Below are positions 35,922-49,768 of a DNA stretch of 64,000 nt, piece after piece. Origin of the DNA: Patellaria atrata CBS 101060 (taxonomy: Eukaryota); contig MU006089.1 of assembly GCA_010093705.1 (NCBI GenBank), positions 1,723,561 through 1,787,560 of the forward strand, written 5' to 3'. The first letter of the stretch is position 1. Each line of letters opens with the position of its first letter. The position numbers and the translations under genes were made by a program. Under the pieces are notes generated by a model. It saw only the letters and a program-made list of their open reading frames with translations. It did not search any database and was not told the DNA's origin.

Positions 35922-36680
35922 GGTGTGTATCTAGGTGAGCGTAATAGTAGAAATATCTGATAGTAAGGGATTGGTTCCGTCTCCAGTTTGAGGGTGTCCG
36001 CGGCCAGATAGGGAGGAGACAAACTCTGAGAGGGGCTTGAGGCACGAAGTATCTGGTTGAAGCTCAGGCGCTTTCGGTGAAGTGAAGCGCGAGTCAGGGC
36101 AAGATCAGTCAGCTACAGACCCCGGCCCGTGATATCATCTATTTGGTGTTGACCTGGACGAAAAGATCCTGTGCATTCAGGGACCAAGATCGTTCTGAAT
36201 TCGATTCTGCTTCATGATGAGGGAGACAGGGGAAGCAGAGAGAAGAAAACAGTTTGTTCTATCTTAGAGAGCAATCATGGCTTCTGTTTGTCTCCACAGC
36301 GGCCGTTCTTCCCGACACCCCCTAGAACTAACAGAACTGTCGGGGAAACATATATCCTAACATCATTTCGACTCGTATTTGTATGACCATCTGTGAGTGC
36401 ACCAGGAAGGTGAATATCATCGTCATCAATTTCTTGATAACTGGTCTCTTGTGTTTGCTCATCCATACCGTCAGTTGCCGAACGCGAACTCATTTATGCT
36501 CACTCTCGGCATACCGTACAGGTATCTTTCAACGGTGTGGCAGCAGACCAAAAAAAAAGTTGTGCAACTCTTGATAAAGCACATACCTGCCCAGAGGACT
36601 GGTTTGACAACGATTTACTGCCTATCAGTTCAAACTTATTGGACATCTGATTAAGGGGTACGGAGGGCACTGGGATAAGC

Positions 36681-37680
36681 ATGTGTATCGCCATTGTGAC
36701 CACTGCTCATCCCCAGTTTCCATTTATACTGCTCAGTAACCGCGACGTAAGCTCTCCTCACAAGAAAGAAGATCGCCTATACCAACGGATTGCAGGAGTT
36801 TCTTGGCCGGCCTACTGCGCCTGCAGGCTGGTGGCAGACGCCAAATGAACATGTCCTTGGGGGTCGTGATCTTCGACGTCCAGAGCAGGGTACTTGGCTT
36901 GGAATCAATCGTGATGGTCGGTTTGCTGTTCTTACAAATTATCGGGAAGAAGGGCAAGTGATATACGGGGTTAAAAGCAGAGGGGGCATTATCAAAGACT
37001 TCCTCACAACTCCTCTTAGTTCTGAAGAGACGACAGAAGAATATGCACGTCAATTGTTCGATGGCGAAGGCGTCAATGCAGTAGGCGGCTTCAACCTTCT
37101 ATTTGGCAAAATTCAGGATATTGTTCTACGAACTAATAAGGGACTTGCAATTGTCTCTAATCGTACAGCAGATATCCACAGTGTGAGCTGGATCGCTTCT
37201 CAACCAGGTGAAACCCACGCAATGAGCAACTCTTGGTATGGCGACAACAGTTGGCCAAAGATTGTACACGGCGAGCGTCTTACAAAGGAAGCCATCAGTG
37301 AAAGCGTCGAGAAGGAAGAAGACAAGGATACTTTAATCGAACGATTGTTCGTGGTTCTTCATACCGACACACTTCCCCGTCCGAAACCTGGAGAGACCTT
37401 GGAGATTTATCTTCGTCAACTGCAAAATAGCATCTTTATTCCGACCATAGGTGGACCTGAGTTGGACGGCACACCAGCTGATGCGGTAGCGGCAGCTAAG
37501 GATCACAAAGCTGTCGAAGTTGATGGTGGTCTTTATGGTACGCATCAGCAGTCTATCATTCTTGTCGACCAGAAAGGAATGGTTACGTATGTCGAAAGGA
37601 CTTTGGCTCGCACTGGTGACAATCCAAACCATGAGAAGGATACGGAAAAGAAGTATGAGTTCCGAATTGAAGGGTGGTAG
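36681..37680 (+). CDS. NRDE-family protein (TANGO2/DUF833)
   Basis: MCI..LSNRD|EFLGRPT (intron 36747-36795 splits the NRDE motif), GTWLGINRDGRFAVLTN, SRG, GGFNL, MSNS, SIFIP, YGT. Confidence 0.92.
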
Positions 37681-38281
37681 AGACGGATTCGCTTATGCAT
37701 CAGGAAAAGCTCAGAGGTTGGTGATATCGGGCTCCGAAGTTATGAATTCTAAGCTAACTTTGTAATAAGTAGGAGATTGGTTCGTGCTTCGCTAGGTCGA
37801 AGAATCACGTTCACGAGTGAAAGGTTATTACTCTCTCACCTGGTCCATATCGATCTCAGCCGTCTTGCTGTTAATGCATTGCTAGAGCAACACTCCATAG
37901 GAATTTTATGTCCCTATCCAAATTCCATGGTTCGAAGTTGCTCAGTGTTAGTCAAGGCTCCTCCATCGGCATCTGGCGCGGGCTCATGTGACTATAGCAG
38001 CTCACCGCATTCACTCATCTCCCTTGAATGAGCGTTCTTTCCAAATGGACAACAGACTGTGAGATTTGCTTGGAACTAGACTCCTTCAACAAGCCCGCTT
38101 AGCATCACCTACAAACAAATGTCCCACAACAGCCTTTCGAAATTTTTTTCTTCCAAAACATCTCTCTCTCGCTCAGCTTTCTTCATCACCCATTGCACTG
38201 AGCCATCACGCCTCTCTACCAGTCGCCATACATCAATTCCAAACCATCAGATCTCTCTCGTTACGCTTGAGCTTTGTTAGT

Positions 38282-39183
38282 ATGTCTCACGTAGTCGATC
38301 TGGAGCTCAAGGGCACCGATTTCACAGACATGAGCGGCCGGGAGCCAAAATACCCAATGTCCCCTACGTCCGTACGCAGGCTTATCAATATCTCGCGTGC
38401 ATACCTTGGTCTTCCTGTGCGCCCTGATACTCCACCACCACCAGTGGTTGAAAAGGTAATGTCTCCTCATAAAGTTCTGTACAGTATCAAACTAATTCAT
38501 ACCAGCCCTCTGAAGCATCGACGGTCAGGATACCAAGTTCTGTGCCAGACTTTCCAGTTCGGGGCCTTAACGATTGCCCCGTAAATTGGGGTCTTTCAGA
38601 CTTTCCCTGCCCGTTCTGCGTTGCAGACGCAGATGCTGTCCTGGGCTCTCCCGCGCCTGCTCCGGCGGCGCTAACGGGTGGGGAAAGTTCCCATACAGCA
38701 AGCCCGGCCGTACAATTATTTCCGCTCGCGGAAAGCAGCGAAACGGCACCGCCCCCCGCAGCCCAGTATCCCGCTCCCGGCCTCCTCCACGCCGGTTCTC
38801 CCGCTGGTACGGCAGCAACACATACCGTACAGAACACTCCTGGACAGAACGCCCAGTCAGCTCCCGTACCGCTGTACGCCGCTGTACATCCGGAGCACGG
38901 CTTTCTCGGCACCTTCGCTCCGTGGATGCCGCCTGTGCCGGGATATCAAGGGCAGACATTCTACTATCCGGTCCTGTACGGACAGCAGTTCGTAAAACCT
39001 GCTCCCGGAGCGCCTTCGGCGGCTCCAGTCGAGCCTGTACCGACTGGCCGCGGTTCGGCTTCCTGGTGGGTCTCGAGGATGCAGGAGAGGAGGGGTGTGG
39101 GCCCTCGTGGTGGCCGTGAGGACGGTGGTGCTGCTGGGGCTCCTGGTGTGGGTTCTCGGGCTGGGAGGAGGAATTTGGTTTAA
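38282..39183 (+). CDS. Pro/Ala-rich hypothetical protein with a CxxC motif
   Basis: Exon 38282-38455, intron 38456-38505 (GTAATG..CTAAT..CCAG), then an in-frame exon 38506-39183 containing CPVNWGLSDFPCPFC. No family recognised. Confidence 0.55.
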
Positions 39184-39931
39184 GGGCCTTAGGTTGTGGT
39201 GTTGCGGGAGTTGTGTGGAGTTTCCCTTGGTGTGGCTTCCTTTGTATGTTTGTGTACGGGCTTTTGTCCCGTGGGAGGAGTTCTTGTCGGTGGCTTTCTG
39301 ATTTCAAAAATGGTGTTTTGCGATGGGACTTTCTGGGGTGGATTTCTGCTTCTCGGTTGCGAGGTAGTATGATTTCTTATTCTGTATCACGTATAGTTTG
39401 TATTACTATGATTAGTGCCTGATTCTTCTTAATATTACGAAAAGTACATGCATAACTATTGAGTCCGTTCTTATACAGTACAACCAAGTGATACCGTATC
39501 TACATCACTACTAATTCGGTCACTGTAATCCCCCTCAATCAAAGTGGAAGTGTACATCTCACATTCAAAGCACGGTAGCTAATCTTCAGTGTTGTGTTAT
39601 TTTCTATGGTCTACCATAGTACTCTCGACATTATCCCATTCCAGATTCCTGGAAAGACCCCATTTCAAAAGGGTCGTAGCAATTTGTACCTACCTTTTGA
39701 TGAATCCATTAAAATGCACAAGATGCCGCCCAAGAAAAGATGCTGAACTCCACGCTTGAAAACCATGATCAGTACCCCACCCCATGAGATAACCCTGTAC
39801 AATCTGTAGGCAATCCATACAAAATTATAAGCAGAATAGAGAGAAGCATGTACGAATTGTAGGCTCCCCGTACTAAAGTATAAAGGAAAATATTAGTTGT
39901 CGATACCGCAGGAGAGGTACCGTACGTCCAT

Positions 39932-41079
39932 CTAGGCTGGGGGAAGTTTGCTCATGTCAGCACCCTTCTCCTTCAACCAGACCGGATCCAGAAGGTTGTT
40001 CTTCTCCGCGTATAAGTACTTATACGCTGTACGGATCGTACCATCACTGACGCCAGCAATGGCAGCGATATCCTTAGGGGTCTTCGGTTCACCTTTGAGA
40101 TGCGACACCATGTAGATGCATGAAGCCGCGATAGACAAAGGCGAGCGTCCAGCAAGTGAACCCGCATCCTTCATTTTATCGGCCACATTCTCCGCCATCT
40201 GCGAGGTGGATTTGCTAAGGCCGAGCTGGTTGCAGAAGCGGCGACAGAGTTCAGAAGGCCTAGTGTTTTCGGATGGTGCGTAGTTGGTTTCTGTAGCAAC
40301 GAGCCCTTCAAATACCGTGTTAATATTGAATAGAAATAGGAAAATATAAAACGGGAAGTGCTGCAAGTCTTACCTCCTTGCAGTGAAAGATCCTTCTGGC
40401 TCGTCAGGAACTTCTCCAAAGTCTTGAACGTGCGACCGAGCTCTTTCTTGGGAACTTTCGTGAGCTGTTGAATCTCGCGGAAGGATCGAGGTACGTTGTT
40501 CTGTCGACAGGCGATGAAGAGGCAAGCGCCGATGAGAGCATCTTGCGATTTGCCGCGGAACGCTTTAGAGTCATCCGCTTTCATGAAGATATGCTTCGCG
40601 GTGTCCGACACGATATGAGCAAGGTGGATGGCATCACAGTATGAGCTGATCTGCTTGTAGGCCGCTGTCAAATGTGCCTTACTCTTGTCGTGGGTTACTT
40701 TGTTCTGAGCGCGATGGAGCTCACGGCCTCTCGCATTTCCACCGTCGAATGCAATAGAGGTTTGAAGTTGCGAACCATGCTGGAACGGATCCGATGCGTC
40801 TCCAACACGGGACGGATCGTCACCGCCCTGATCGTCGTTTGAGAATGTACGCCATTCAGAGCGGGTATCAACGATACGATTTGAGAGCACTAATCCGCAC
40901 GAAGCGCAGACTACATCTCCTGAGGCAAACTCTTCCACAAGGTCCGGAGGACTTTCTCTACAATCTGGACATATAAGGTGTATGTTCAGATTCTCTTGCC
41001 ACTCCTGTTCCACAGGTGCAACAACTTCGGTGATCACTTCACCGGGGGATAGTACGCGACCGTTTTGTACAGCCGTCAT
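39932..41079 (-). CDS. SUA7: General transcription factor TFIIB
   Basis: Zn ribbon CPDC..GDVVCASCGLV, B-reader DTRSEWRTFSND..DPSRVG, two cyclin folds (ACRQNNVPRSFREI; GRSPLSIAA; GVSDGTIRTAYK). Intron 40373-40306. Confidence 0.96.
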
Positions 41080-41744
41080 GGCGAAAAGAGGTTTCCTGAA
41101 TCTTTCACTCGCTCGTTTCTTGACTCCTTTGGATGATTTCTTGAGATGATGTTTCTGGACAAGGCAACGAATGAAGAGTGGTGAGTGCAGGTTGCCGGTT
41201 GAAGGTTAACGAGTGGGGAAAAGGTTCGATGAGATGAAAGTGAACGGTGGACGGTATAAGGTTAGGTGTATAGCAGAGTAAAGAGTGTATTATAGATATG
41301 CTGCAAATATGAAGGGAGAGAATGCTGCCAGGCCGACTGAGAACCAGTGAAGGCTTCCACAAGAATCCGCGCGGCGGAATCTCACAGAGATCTGTCGTTG
41401 AAAGTCGTCTCGAACTGTGACTCGCTCAAATCTGAAGCCAGTGAGTATGAATCCAGTCGTTAAAAAGGTTTTTGACGATTTTCAAGTTCGGTAGCAAGAT
41501 AGTTGGTGGTATGAGAAGTGGATGGAGTAGAACAAAGGTAGTTGTGAGTAGAAAATCCTACTTTGCTTGCGGTCAGGCGCCAAGACATGAGAGTCAGAAA
41601 TTGAATGCCGAAAATGCTCCGACGAATCGATTTGTCACGTGATAGCTTCCTTCGACTTGACCAGGGCTGAGGGACGTTTTCCTCCTCACCATGGACATTT
41701 GAAGCTTCATCCAATCACACAATTGAAGACATCAAGCATCAAAT

Positions 41745-42234
41745 ATGCTTGCGCAATCGATCAAGGCTTCGGTTTGTATATCAGAAACAAATCTTTCCTG
41801 TATCAATTGCTAACTGAACTTCTCCAGCGCCAACCTCTCGCCCGTATCGTCCGGCAGCATGCTTTCACCACACGACGGACTTTTATCACCGCAACTGCTG
41901 TTCGTCAAGGTGGGAAGCTCTGAAGTTGGACCCTTTTACATCTAGTTGACCTGTATGACCAGCCGATATTGTGCAAGACCTGTATCTCCGCGAATTGAAG
42001 GCCTATAAGCTTCCTCAAGTCAAACCCTCAGATGCCGAAGGCAGCGTCCAGAAATTCTCATCCCCAAAGCCTCCGAAATCACCGGAAGAGACAGACCTTG
42101 CGAATGATCTGAAAGCATACGAGACACAACAGGTTGAGGTTGAGGGACAGTCGAGCGATGGCGAAGCTACAGCTACTTCCGACGATTGGTTTGAGGACGA
42201 CGACTTCGATGAGGTGACATCAAAGGCTCATTAG
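41745..42234 (+). CDS. ATP14: Mitochondrial ATP synthase subunit h
   Basis: Presequence exons 41745-41771 and 41828-41909, then from 41963 ADIVQDLYLRELKAYK..DAEGSVQKFSSPKPP..LKAYE with an acidic tail. Confidence 0.92.
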
Positions 42235-44117
42235 ATGTATTAAGGAATGATGTGTACAAATAGACCCTTGATGCAATAGCGATATAACTGTTTCCTTGTT
42301 CCATAACGTCCGCGCGTATACCTGGTGTACCCCAAGCGTCCATGCTCTGGCCATTTCTAGCTGGGAAGACTGTTCATGAGCTGAAAGATATGGGCTCTAG
42401 AATTCACATTTCTTCAAATCTGCCAGAAACTAGGAATCACGCCGCATAATTTTAGTTTCTATGGAACAAGATATGCGAGTTACTGATTACGAGTTTCGAC
42501 TAAATCATACCTCCATACTAACACCTTGAAGCATATTTCGTCCAGTGATAATGCTATTCCAGGTAGTAGAAGTTATACATAGTTCCACGGACATTATATC
42601 TCAAGACATGCCGATCGGGCTACATGCTTAAGTTAATCACAAGAATACGTTCCTATATGGTAGTGGGAGCATCAAAACGGACGACAGTACAGAAGAAAGG
42701 TAAATTGAATGCAAGGGCTATAGAATCTTCCGCACTTGACTAAGTACCGGATATAAAGAGCTCCACGCGGGATAATGACCTCCTTCACGTCCCAAATGTC
42801 TGGCTTGGTCAGGTTATGGAGGAACGTACTTTTGATCTGCAGTAAAAAGCTAAGTTACTTCTATTTGTTATACGACATCATCGATATGCTCCTACAATAC
42901 CTTAAAACAACGCGAGCATTTTGTACAGCGAAGTGGCCAGAGTTACCGGGCCAAGTCGCGTGCATTACATAGTAGACGCCGTTAGATTGCGTATCCGAGT
43001 TGTACAGTGTGCGGGAGGAAGAGTAGGATCGGAACGGCGATAGGAATATGTCTTAGGTTAAAGAGGCAAAAGGAAGTATGCCTTATAGTTGCAAGGATAT
43101 GCATGACCAAGCAACCGAGTTGCCAACTCTCAGTGAGACGGGTTGTGATGGTGTGCTGTCTGAATGTCTTTGCAAGTTCGCCGAGAAGACACAACCTGGC
43201 AACCTATCCCGGCCAAATTGGAGGGTTTTCCTTGCGATTTGCGATGGTTTTCGATCGGTGGATATAACAATCGGCGCGACAGATAATAACTAGATTTCCC
43301 ATACCTGTTTATCCGCCTATAAAGTAGAACAGTGGTAGTAGAACATTTCAAGTGAAGTAGTGAATACTGTAGGATACCGTACAAAACATAAAACGGTCGG
43401 AAGCGGCTATACGTTAGTAGCGATTCGTGCAATTACGGTGTTGCAGCTGTAGAAAGATAAGCGCAGGAAAGTCCCGTTACCGAATCGGGATTGCAGGCGA
43501 GGTCACCCTTAAGTTTTTCAGAGAGGATCTTCGAAACCTCTAGCTATCCCTGCTATTATTAGAGTGAGCGGCGAATTCAACAAGCCTCCTGTGCCTCCCC
43601 CGTCTGTCATCGTAGGCCACTTGCTGATACCACACTACCCCGTACACGATACAAAAAGTCCTAGGCGTTTCCTCCGCAAAATGTCATAACCCTCACATCC
43701 CAGAACCCGCCTAGGACGGCTATCAAGCGACCGTTATCACCAGTTCGCCGAATCCATCCTTAAAGCAGTTCACTTGGCTCCTGAAACCTATTGCTCTGTA
43801 TATTCGTAGCAGTACAGTAATCCCAAGTCGCAGGTCAAGTCGACCTCGCTGCCAGTCGTTACCTCGTCCTTGTCACCGACGCCCGTTCACAACCACCATT
43901 AGCTGTCACGCTCAGTGGATCCTCCTATGACCCCGAGAGACCTCCTTTAAGACGTACTATCATACAGAATCTCTGTACATGATCCTCGACGAATCCAGAC
44001 GACATCCATAACCACGTTCGCGATTCTAGTAGACCTAGGGCAGCAATGAACTGTAGACATTAAACCAAACGAACGTCTGCGACGAAAAGCTATAGGGGAC
44101 ATAAATCTTTATTCGCA

Positions 44118-47100
44118 ATGCCATCACTTAGTCTGGTTCGAAACCAAACGGAAGGCTTGACTAAATATGAATGCACAACAGAGCGAACTCCTCTCGAGTA
44201 CGGTCATACAACAAATGAACCGCAGCCCCCAGACGCTGTATACCTTCCGCGAGCTGCTGGTTACACATATTTCCCTTCACCTAAATCCTCGTTGTTCGAA
44301 GACCACACTGTGCTGGAGTTGAAGGGTACAATTTCTGAAGATGACTTGACTACCAGCACGAGCGACACGGAATCTTACACCTCGTCTGCCGGCACGACTC
44401 CTCTGACCGAACCAAATAGTTTGAATGAGGATTTTCACTTTGAATTTGGGGAGACGGACCCCGCCGTTACGATGTTACGACTTATGCGTCTCAACAAGAA
44501 AGATTCCCAGGAAACAACATCTCCGAACCAAAATGTAGAGGGTAACAGTTCGGAAGCAAGAAGTCGTAAAGTGACAAAAACGACTTCTCCTGTTAGGCGC
44601 TCACTTTCGAACTTCAGACGCAAATCTTGGCTGGGAACTTCTCGATCACCTTCTCCACCCAAACCCATGCAAAAAGAGCCGATCAAGACAGAGACGGAAA
44701 CCCCCTCCGATGTGGCCCCTGGTGTAGCACGTCGCATGTCTTTTGCTCTGCGTCGCCGAAGTTCCAGTCACGGGCCATCGCAAAACAGGAAGCGGGATAT
44801 GTCGAATGGCGGAGATACTACAAAGCTCGATGTGAAGCCAAAACGGCCGTCAAGCGTTTTTCTGAAAGATCCAGGGTCAAACCCTACTTCCCTTCAAGAT
44901 GAAAAATTACCGGCTGTTCCATCTCTACCCAAGTCTTTTTCTTCAGACAGGTTAAGGCGACTTCCCACAGCCCAATCCGTCAAGGATCACAAACCTCTAG
45001 TCCCAACTAGCCTATCTTCAGACAAGCTCAAAAGTTTAAAGACGGATTTGAGTAAGAAAAGGGACGACTTGTGGACAGTCTTTAGAAACTTGGACTCTGA
45101 ATATCATAAGTAAGCAAATCCAAAAACAAAAAAACAATTACTGCATGCCGCTCACCTTTCCCCAAAACAGGTTCCAAAACAAAACAACTATTGCCCTAAA
45201 AGCCAGTATTGTCCGCACAGCTCTTTTGCCATTTCTCAAGGGCTACAGGGTTCACCCGTCAAATAAACAGTTACGGCCCGAAGATCTTGATCGGCGCATC
45301 AACATTTTGAACCGATGGTGGACCGGACTGTTGGATATGTTGCACGGCAAGAATAACCAATCTTTAACCGGAACCGACCGTCCTGCTGTCTTAGATGCCA
45401 TTATCGGAATCATGGAACGTCTGGAGTGGAGACATGCACCTTCCCCCTTTAGCCCCTTATCTGAACGTTCAAAATCCCAGAGTATCCCAAGTTCCATTTC
45501 ATCGACGTCGGTATCGTCAAGTTCGTCTGATTTCCTGATTGAATCTGTACATCATAACGTGCGAAACACTTTCATTCAGAATTTACTAGGTCAAATGGCC
45601 TTTGTTATCGAAAAGATGTCTCTCCGCACAACCCCTGCAAGTGTTGTTGCATTTTGTGGGAAAACTTGTGCCTATGCTTTCTTCTTCTGTCCTGGAGTTG
45701 CCGAAATTCTCGTAAGACTCTGGAATCCTTCTATGAATACAATGAGACGGATAACTGAAGAAGCTGGTCTCGCCCGTAACGCGAAGCCGTCCACTACTCA
45801 TCCGAATATATTACCTGCATTCCCTTCACACCTTCATCGGCTTAGGTTTGGGAGTCTTCTTCAACTGTCACGGGAACTTCGAAAACCATCTCAGCTACCA
45901 TTGGGAACGAACGATTTTGATTGGCGTGGCCCATGGGTTAAACGCTGGTGTGGGAGAGAAACTGACTTGTTCTACGTTTTTGTTAAACACTATCATATTT
46001 TGGCAATGGAGTTCTTACCTGAGGACGCTTCCAAAATTGAGAGACTTTGTGTTCCTGGATTAGTTATTGTTCACGCTCAGATACTTGAGAATCTGGATGC
46101 TACCATTCATCGGAGTACCACTTCGAGTCAACGACCGGAGGAGCCAACACAAGGTCCTGCGACTATCACTTTTGATGATGTCCTTACAGATCCAGATACC
46201 TCTGCATCTGCTTTAGCTGTACTACCGGCCAACGCCATTCGTTTAATGGCAGAAAACCGCATCATCATGTCGATCCGTGACTATCTATCTGGAAGGGGCT
46301 CGAAGTACCTTTTAGGCCGTCACGTCTTCGCACAAGCTTTCAGCGACATCATGAAAGCATGTGCGAAAAATACCTCTATTTACGATTTTAATGCTTGTTC
46401 TCTGCTCTGCGATTTTCTTGAAGAAGCACTTGTAATATTAGTTCGATATGAATTTACGCTCACGACTGAACAACCAGTGTTAGATTGGCCGTTCTGGCTC
46501 TCAGTGTTCCAGCGCTTGGCTGAGAGCGAAAACACACTCACTGAGATTAGACTCTATTCCTTTTTGTACAGTAATTGGCCGATGCTCATTCAAGATCCTA
46601 CTCGTCGGTCTAGTCTTTGTCTTGATTTTCTTTTAGATCCTCAGTTTTTTCAGTCTAGGTTCAACCATTGGTGTCCTATGGTTCGGGCGTACTATATGCG
46701 TTTACTCTGTTGGCGCGTTGCCAGATTGGACGGTGATGGTTCAAGTGTCGAGTTGTAAGTGATCAAGCCCGCAGTCAAGATGGTGGCACTAACTTGGTAT
46801 AGGGAAATATTACAGAGGCTAGCTAGCCAGTTGAGTGTTGTGTGGTCTCATTATCTCTTCCTCATGCAAGAAGCCCAATCCGATCAGAAAGGTTTCCCAT
46901 CCAGCATCCCTTGTCCTCCTGCCCCAAACCGACGTCTACTCATAATCCGGACGGACGGTATTCCATCTCCTAACAACAATGTCTTTTTTTCTGATTCTAT
47001 GGATTCATCTCAAAAGAATTTGATGACGAGCAGCGAGGTTTCGCTTGATTCGAGACCGTGGTCTTCCCACTCTGACTCCTCGGACTCCTCAGACGTCCCG

Positions 47101-47652
47101 ACAGACACCAAAAGCAAAAAATGGAATATTCTTCGTGCTTTAATAGGTCCCATAAAACCCGCAGTAAAATCGCCGTCGAGCTCTCCAGGGTCCAGTCCGC
47201 CACCCAAACAAGCTCAAACACAGCGCGATTCAACTCCGACCAATACGGTGAAATCCGCTTCAAGCACTGGGGCAAATGGCAGTAGTGTCCAGCAAACCCC
47301 TATAAGTCAGCCACCGTCATATAACAGTTACTGCTTCAAGTTCTCGCTTGAGTCTGTTGAACGACGGCATCAGCCACATTCTAATATGCGTCTTTTTCCT
47401 CCCCGCCTCCCGATGGCAGCACAGCTGTTCTTACAGTCTCAGGTGCCGATCTCTCTACCTTCGTATAAGACTAAGCCCGCTAGGTCAGCAGCTCAGTCTG
47501 GAACATATGCCGGCCGCGCGCTCGCGGAATGGACCTTAGTAGTCAACGAAAGCCATAATTTCTTCAATCGGCGCAAGATCGAAGGAGTTCCAAATAACAA
47601 ACTGGTCGAGACACCATCTCTCGGTGTCGAGACATTCAAAAGACTAAGCTAA
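44118..47652 (+). CDS. DUF1765-family protein
   Basis: Three ORFs joined in frame by introns 45110-45170 and 46755-46802. Motifs LNRWWTGLL, FCGKTCAYAFFFCPGVA, FNHWCPMVRAYYMRLLCWR, YAGRALAEW. Confidence 0.8.
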
Positions 47653-49768
47653 TCTTTTCTGACTTTTCCCGAATGGGTAGGGTTTTGTACAATACAAGCA
47701 CATGATTTTCTTTTCATACATAACGAACACAGGATGGCAATTGTATTAGTTTCTTGCATTCGGTTGGATTTGAGCGTTGAGTTGGTTAACTGATATGATC
47801 TCATTTCGGCTCGAGATCTTGTAATTATAAAGATAGGTACATGCATGGTGGACGGGCGTTAGGCGTGTACAGTACAGTACAGTACACATCAGTACATATA
47901 ATGACTCTAGGCAACGAACAGGGCAGTCAATTTGAACAGGAAGTTTCAGTTTTCTCCATTATTCCCCTTATTATGTTTTGAAGTTGGTCCTACTGATTTT
48001 AGACCACACTGCAACTTCTGCTAACTCGAACTCGAACTCTCAACCCCAAGATCTTTATATCAGGCATCAACGGCTAACCGCTGACGGAATGGCTTGCCTT
48101 GGTTTAGCCGGTAAAGTATACAGTACTTGTAGACGATGGTGAAATTATTCAAAGGTACTTTTGTACAGATTTGCACAAGGAAGCCTTCTAGAATCACCCA
48201 CGCGTGCCATTCCGCCGGTTCGGAAACCAGAGTGCAACATGGATCTCCCACAGCTCCTACTCACAACTACACCTCATCCGAACCACTCTCATCAACCTCA
48301 CAAATTTACGAACATCTTCCAAAGTGCTGACTGCATCACCATCTGCAAACCTTCCTCATCCTTCCAAACATTTCACAACTCACAGGATGACCTCCTAGAT
48401 TTTGTCCTTTCAACCCGGGAAAAGATCATCGTTCCACCCTGAGGGACAATACTTGCGTGCATGAGCGACGTACTGTACCATTCGCATAGGGGAAGCTTAT
48501 CGGTCGGCGTGGAAGCATTCAGCGTGAATACAAAGGTGAGATTTAATCAATTGCGCAAGAAACTTCTTCGAGAAATTCGGCTCAGACGGGGCATTCTCGA
48601 TCAGGCAGAATCATGTTCTCTTTTTAGAGAAAATTTCAAAGTCTACGGCGCGCTCAGCGCCTGAATTTTCCCGTCTATTCATGTTATTACCTTACGCTAC
48701 TGTTGAGGTTGATGAGGGCAAAAGCCACAGGTTTGAGCGATCTTTCTTCTTCAGTGTTCTCGGATATTAAGTTTTAATTTATACTGCGTCAAAACTGCGG
48801 TATCTTACCCAAGCGTCTACTCCAGTCTCTCATAATCCAGCAGGCCAGCCTTGGCCTTCATTTGGCGAATCCGTTAGTACAAAAGACAACCACACGTCTT
48901 CTAGGTAGCCCTGGAAATATCCATATTGCTTGCGACCTTTAGTCCGGTCATTGGTCTGTCCTTTAAGATAGTCGAAAGTGTTTTTGCTTCTTTTTTTGGA
49001 TCATGTTGCTTTCCCTTCATCAATACCGAATGCTCAACCTTGTGCTATCAGGTTTTCCAGGAACCGAGTGCATATTGCAACCTCTCAAACCCGTCTCTTT
49101 CAATTATCAGAAACACGTTCTCTTTTGTCATAGCTGTGAATGGGACAGTCAAGCTTTCTTGATCGGCTCTCCATTACCATACTCCGTTTTACCTCCCTGT
49201 CAGCCATGCTTTACATTTCCTACCTTCGATACACTACGCTTACCACAACAAACCCGGAGATATAGGGAACACTTGGTGATCATGTCTGGAGCAATCCGGA
49301 TCGTTTGATAGGCAGTTCTTCTAGTGTCCTAAATGAGTGTGGGCCAATGATTATTGCATACTGCGAGGCGAAGACCCAAAGTTGTCCCATATCGGGAAGA
49401 TCTACGCTTTGAGAGTCCCATACTAACCACATGATGCATATTACTTCGTGAACTGCAGATTTGTACAGCTCGTATCCGGCTTGAGATGAGGAGAGACCGC
49501 TTCCTGTCATCTCGACTTCAATTAGCTTCTCTACAATTGGTCCAGATGCTCTGTTTCACTACGAGCGCTTCCGCTATCGTACACATCCCCTGCTGTTAAA
49601 GATCCTAATACTTGAGTGATCTTACTGTAGTCTGGACCCGGCAGTGATAGAATATAAAAACGATGTATGCTCACGACATCTCTTTTTGTTCTATACTCTA
49701 TACCCATCACTCATTTTACACTTGACCCAATATCTGTTTCTTTCCATTCTTTGCAACATCTTTTCAAT

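Noticed and set aside
47900..49660. Short ORFs upstream of the peroxidase
   Set aside because: No motifs, transposon domains or terminal repeats seen; treated as intergenic/promoter.
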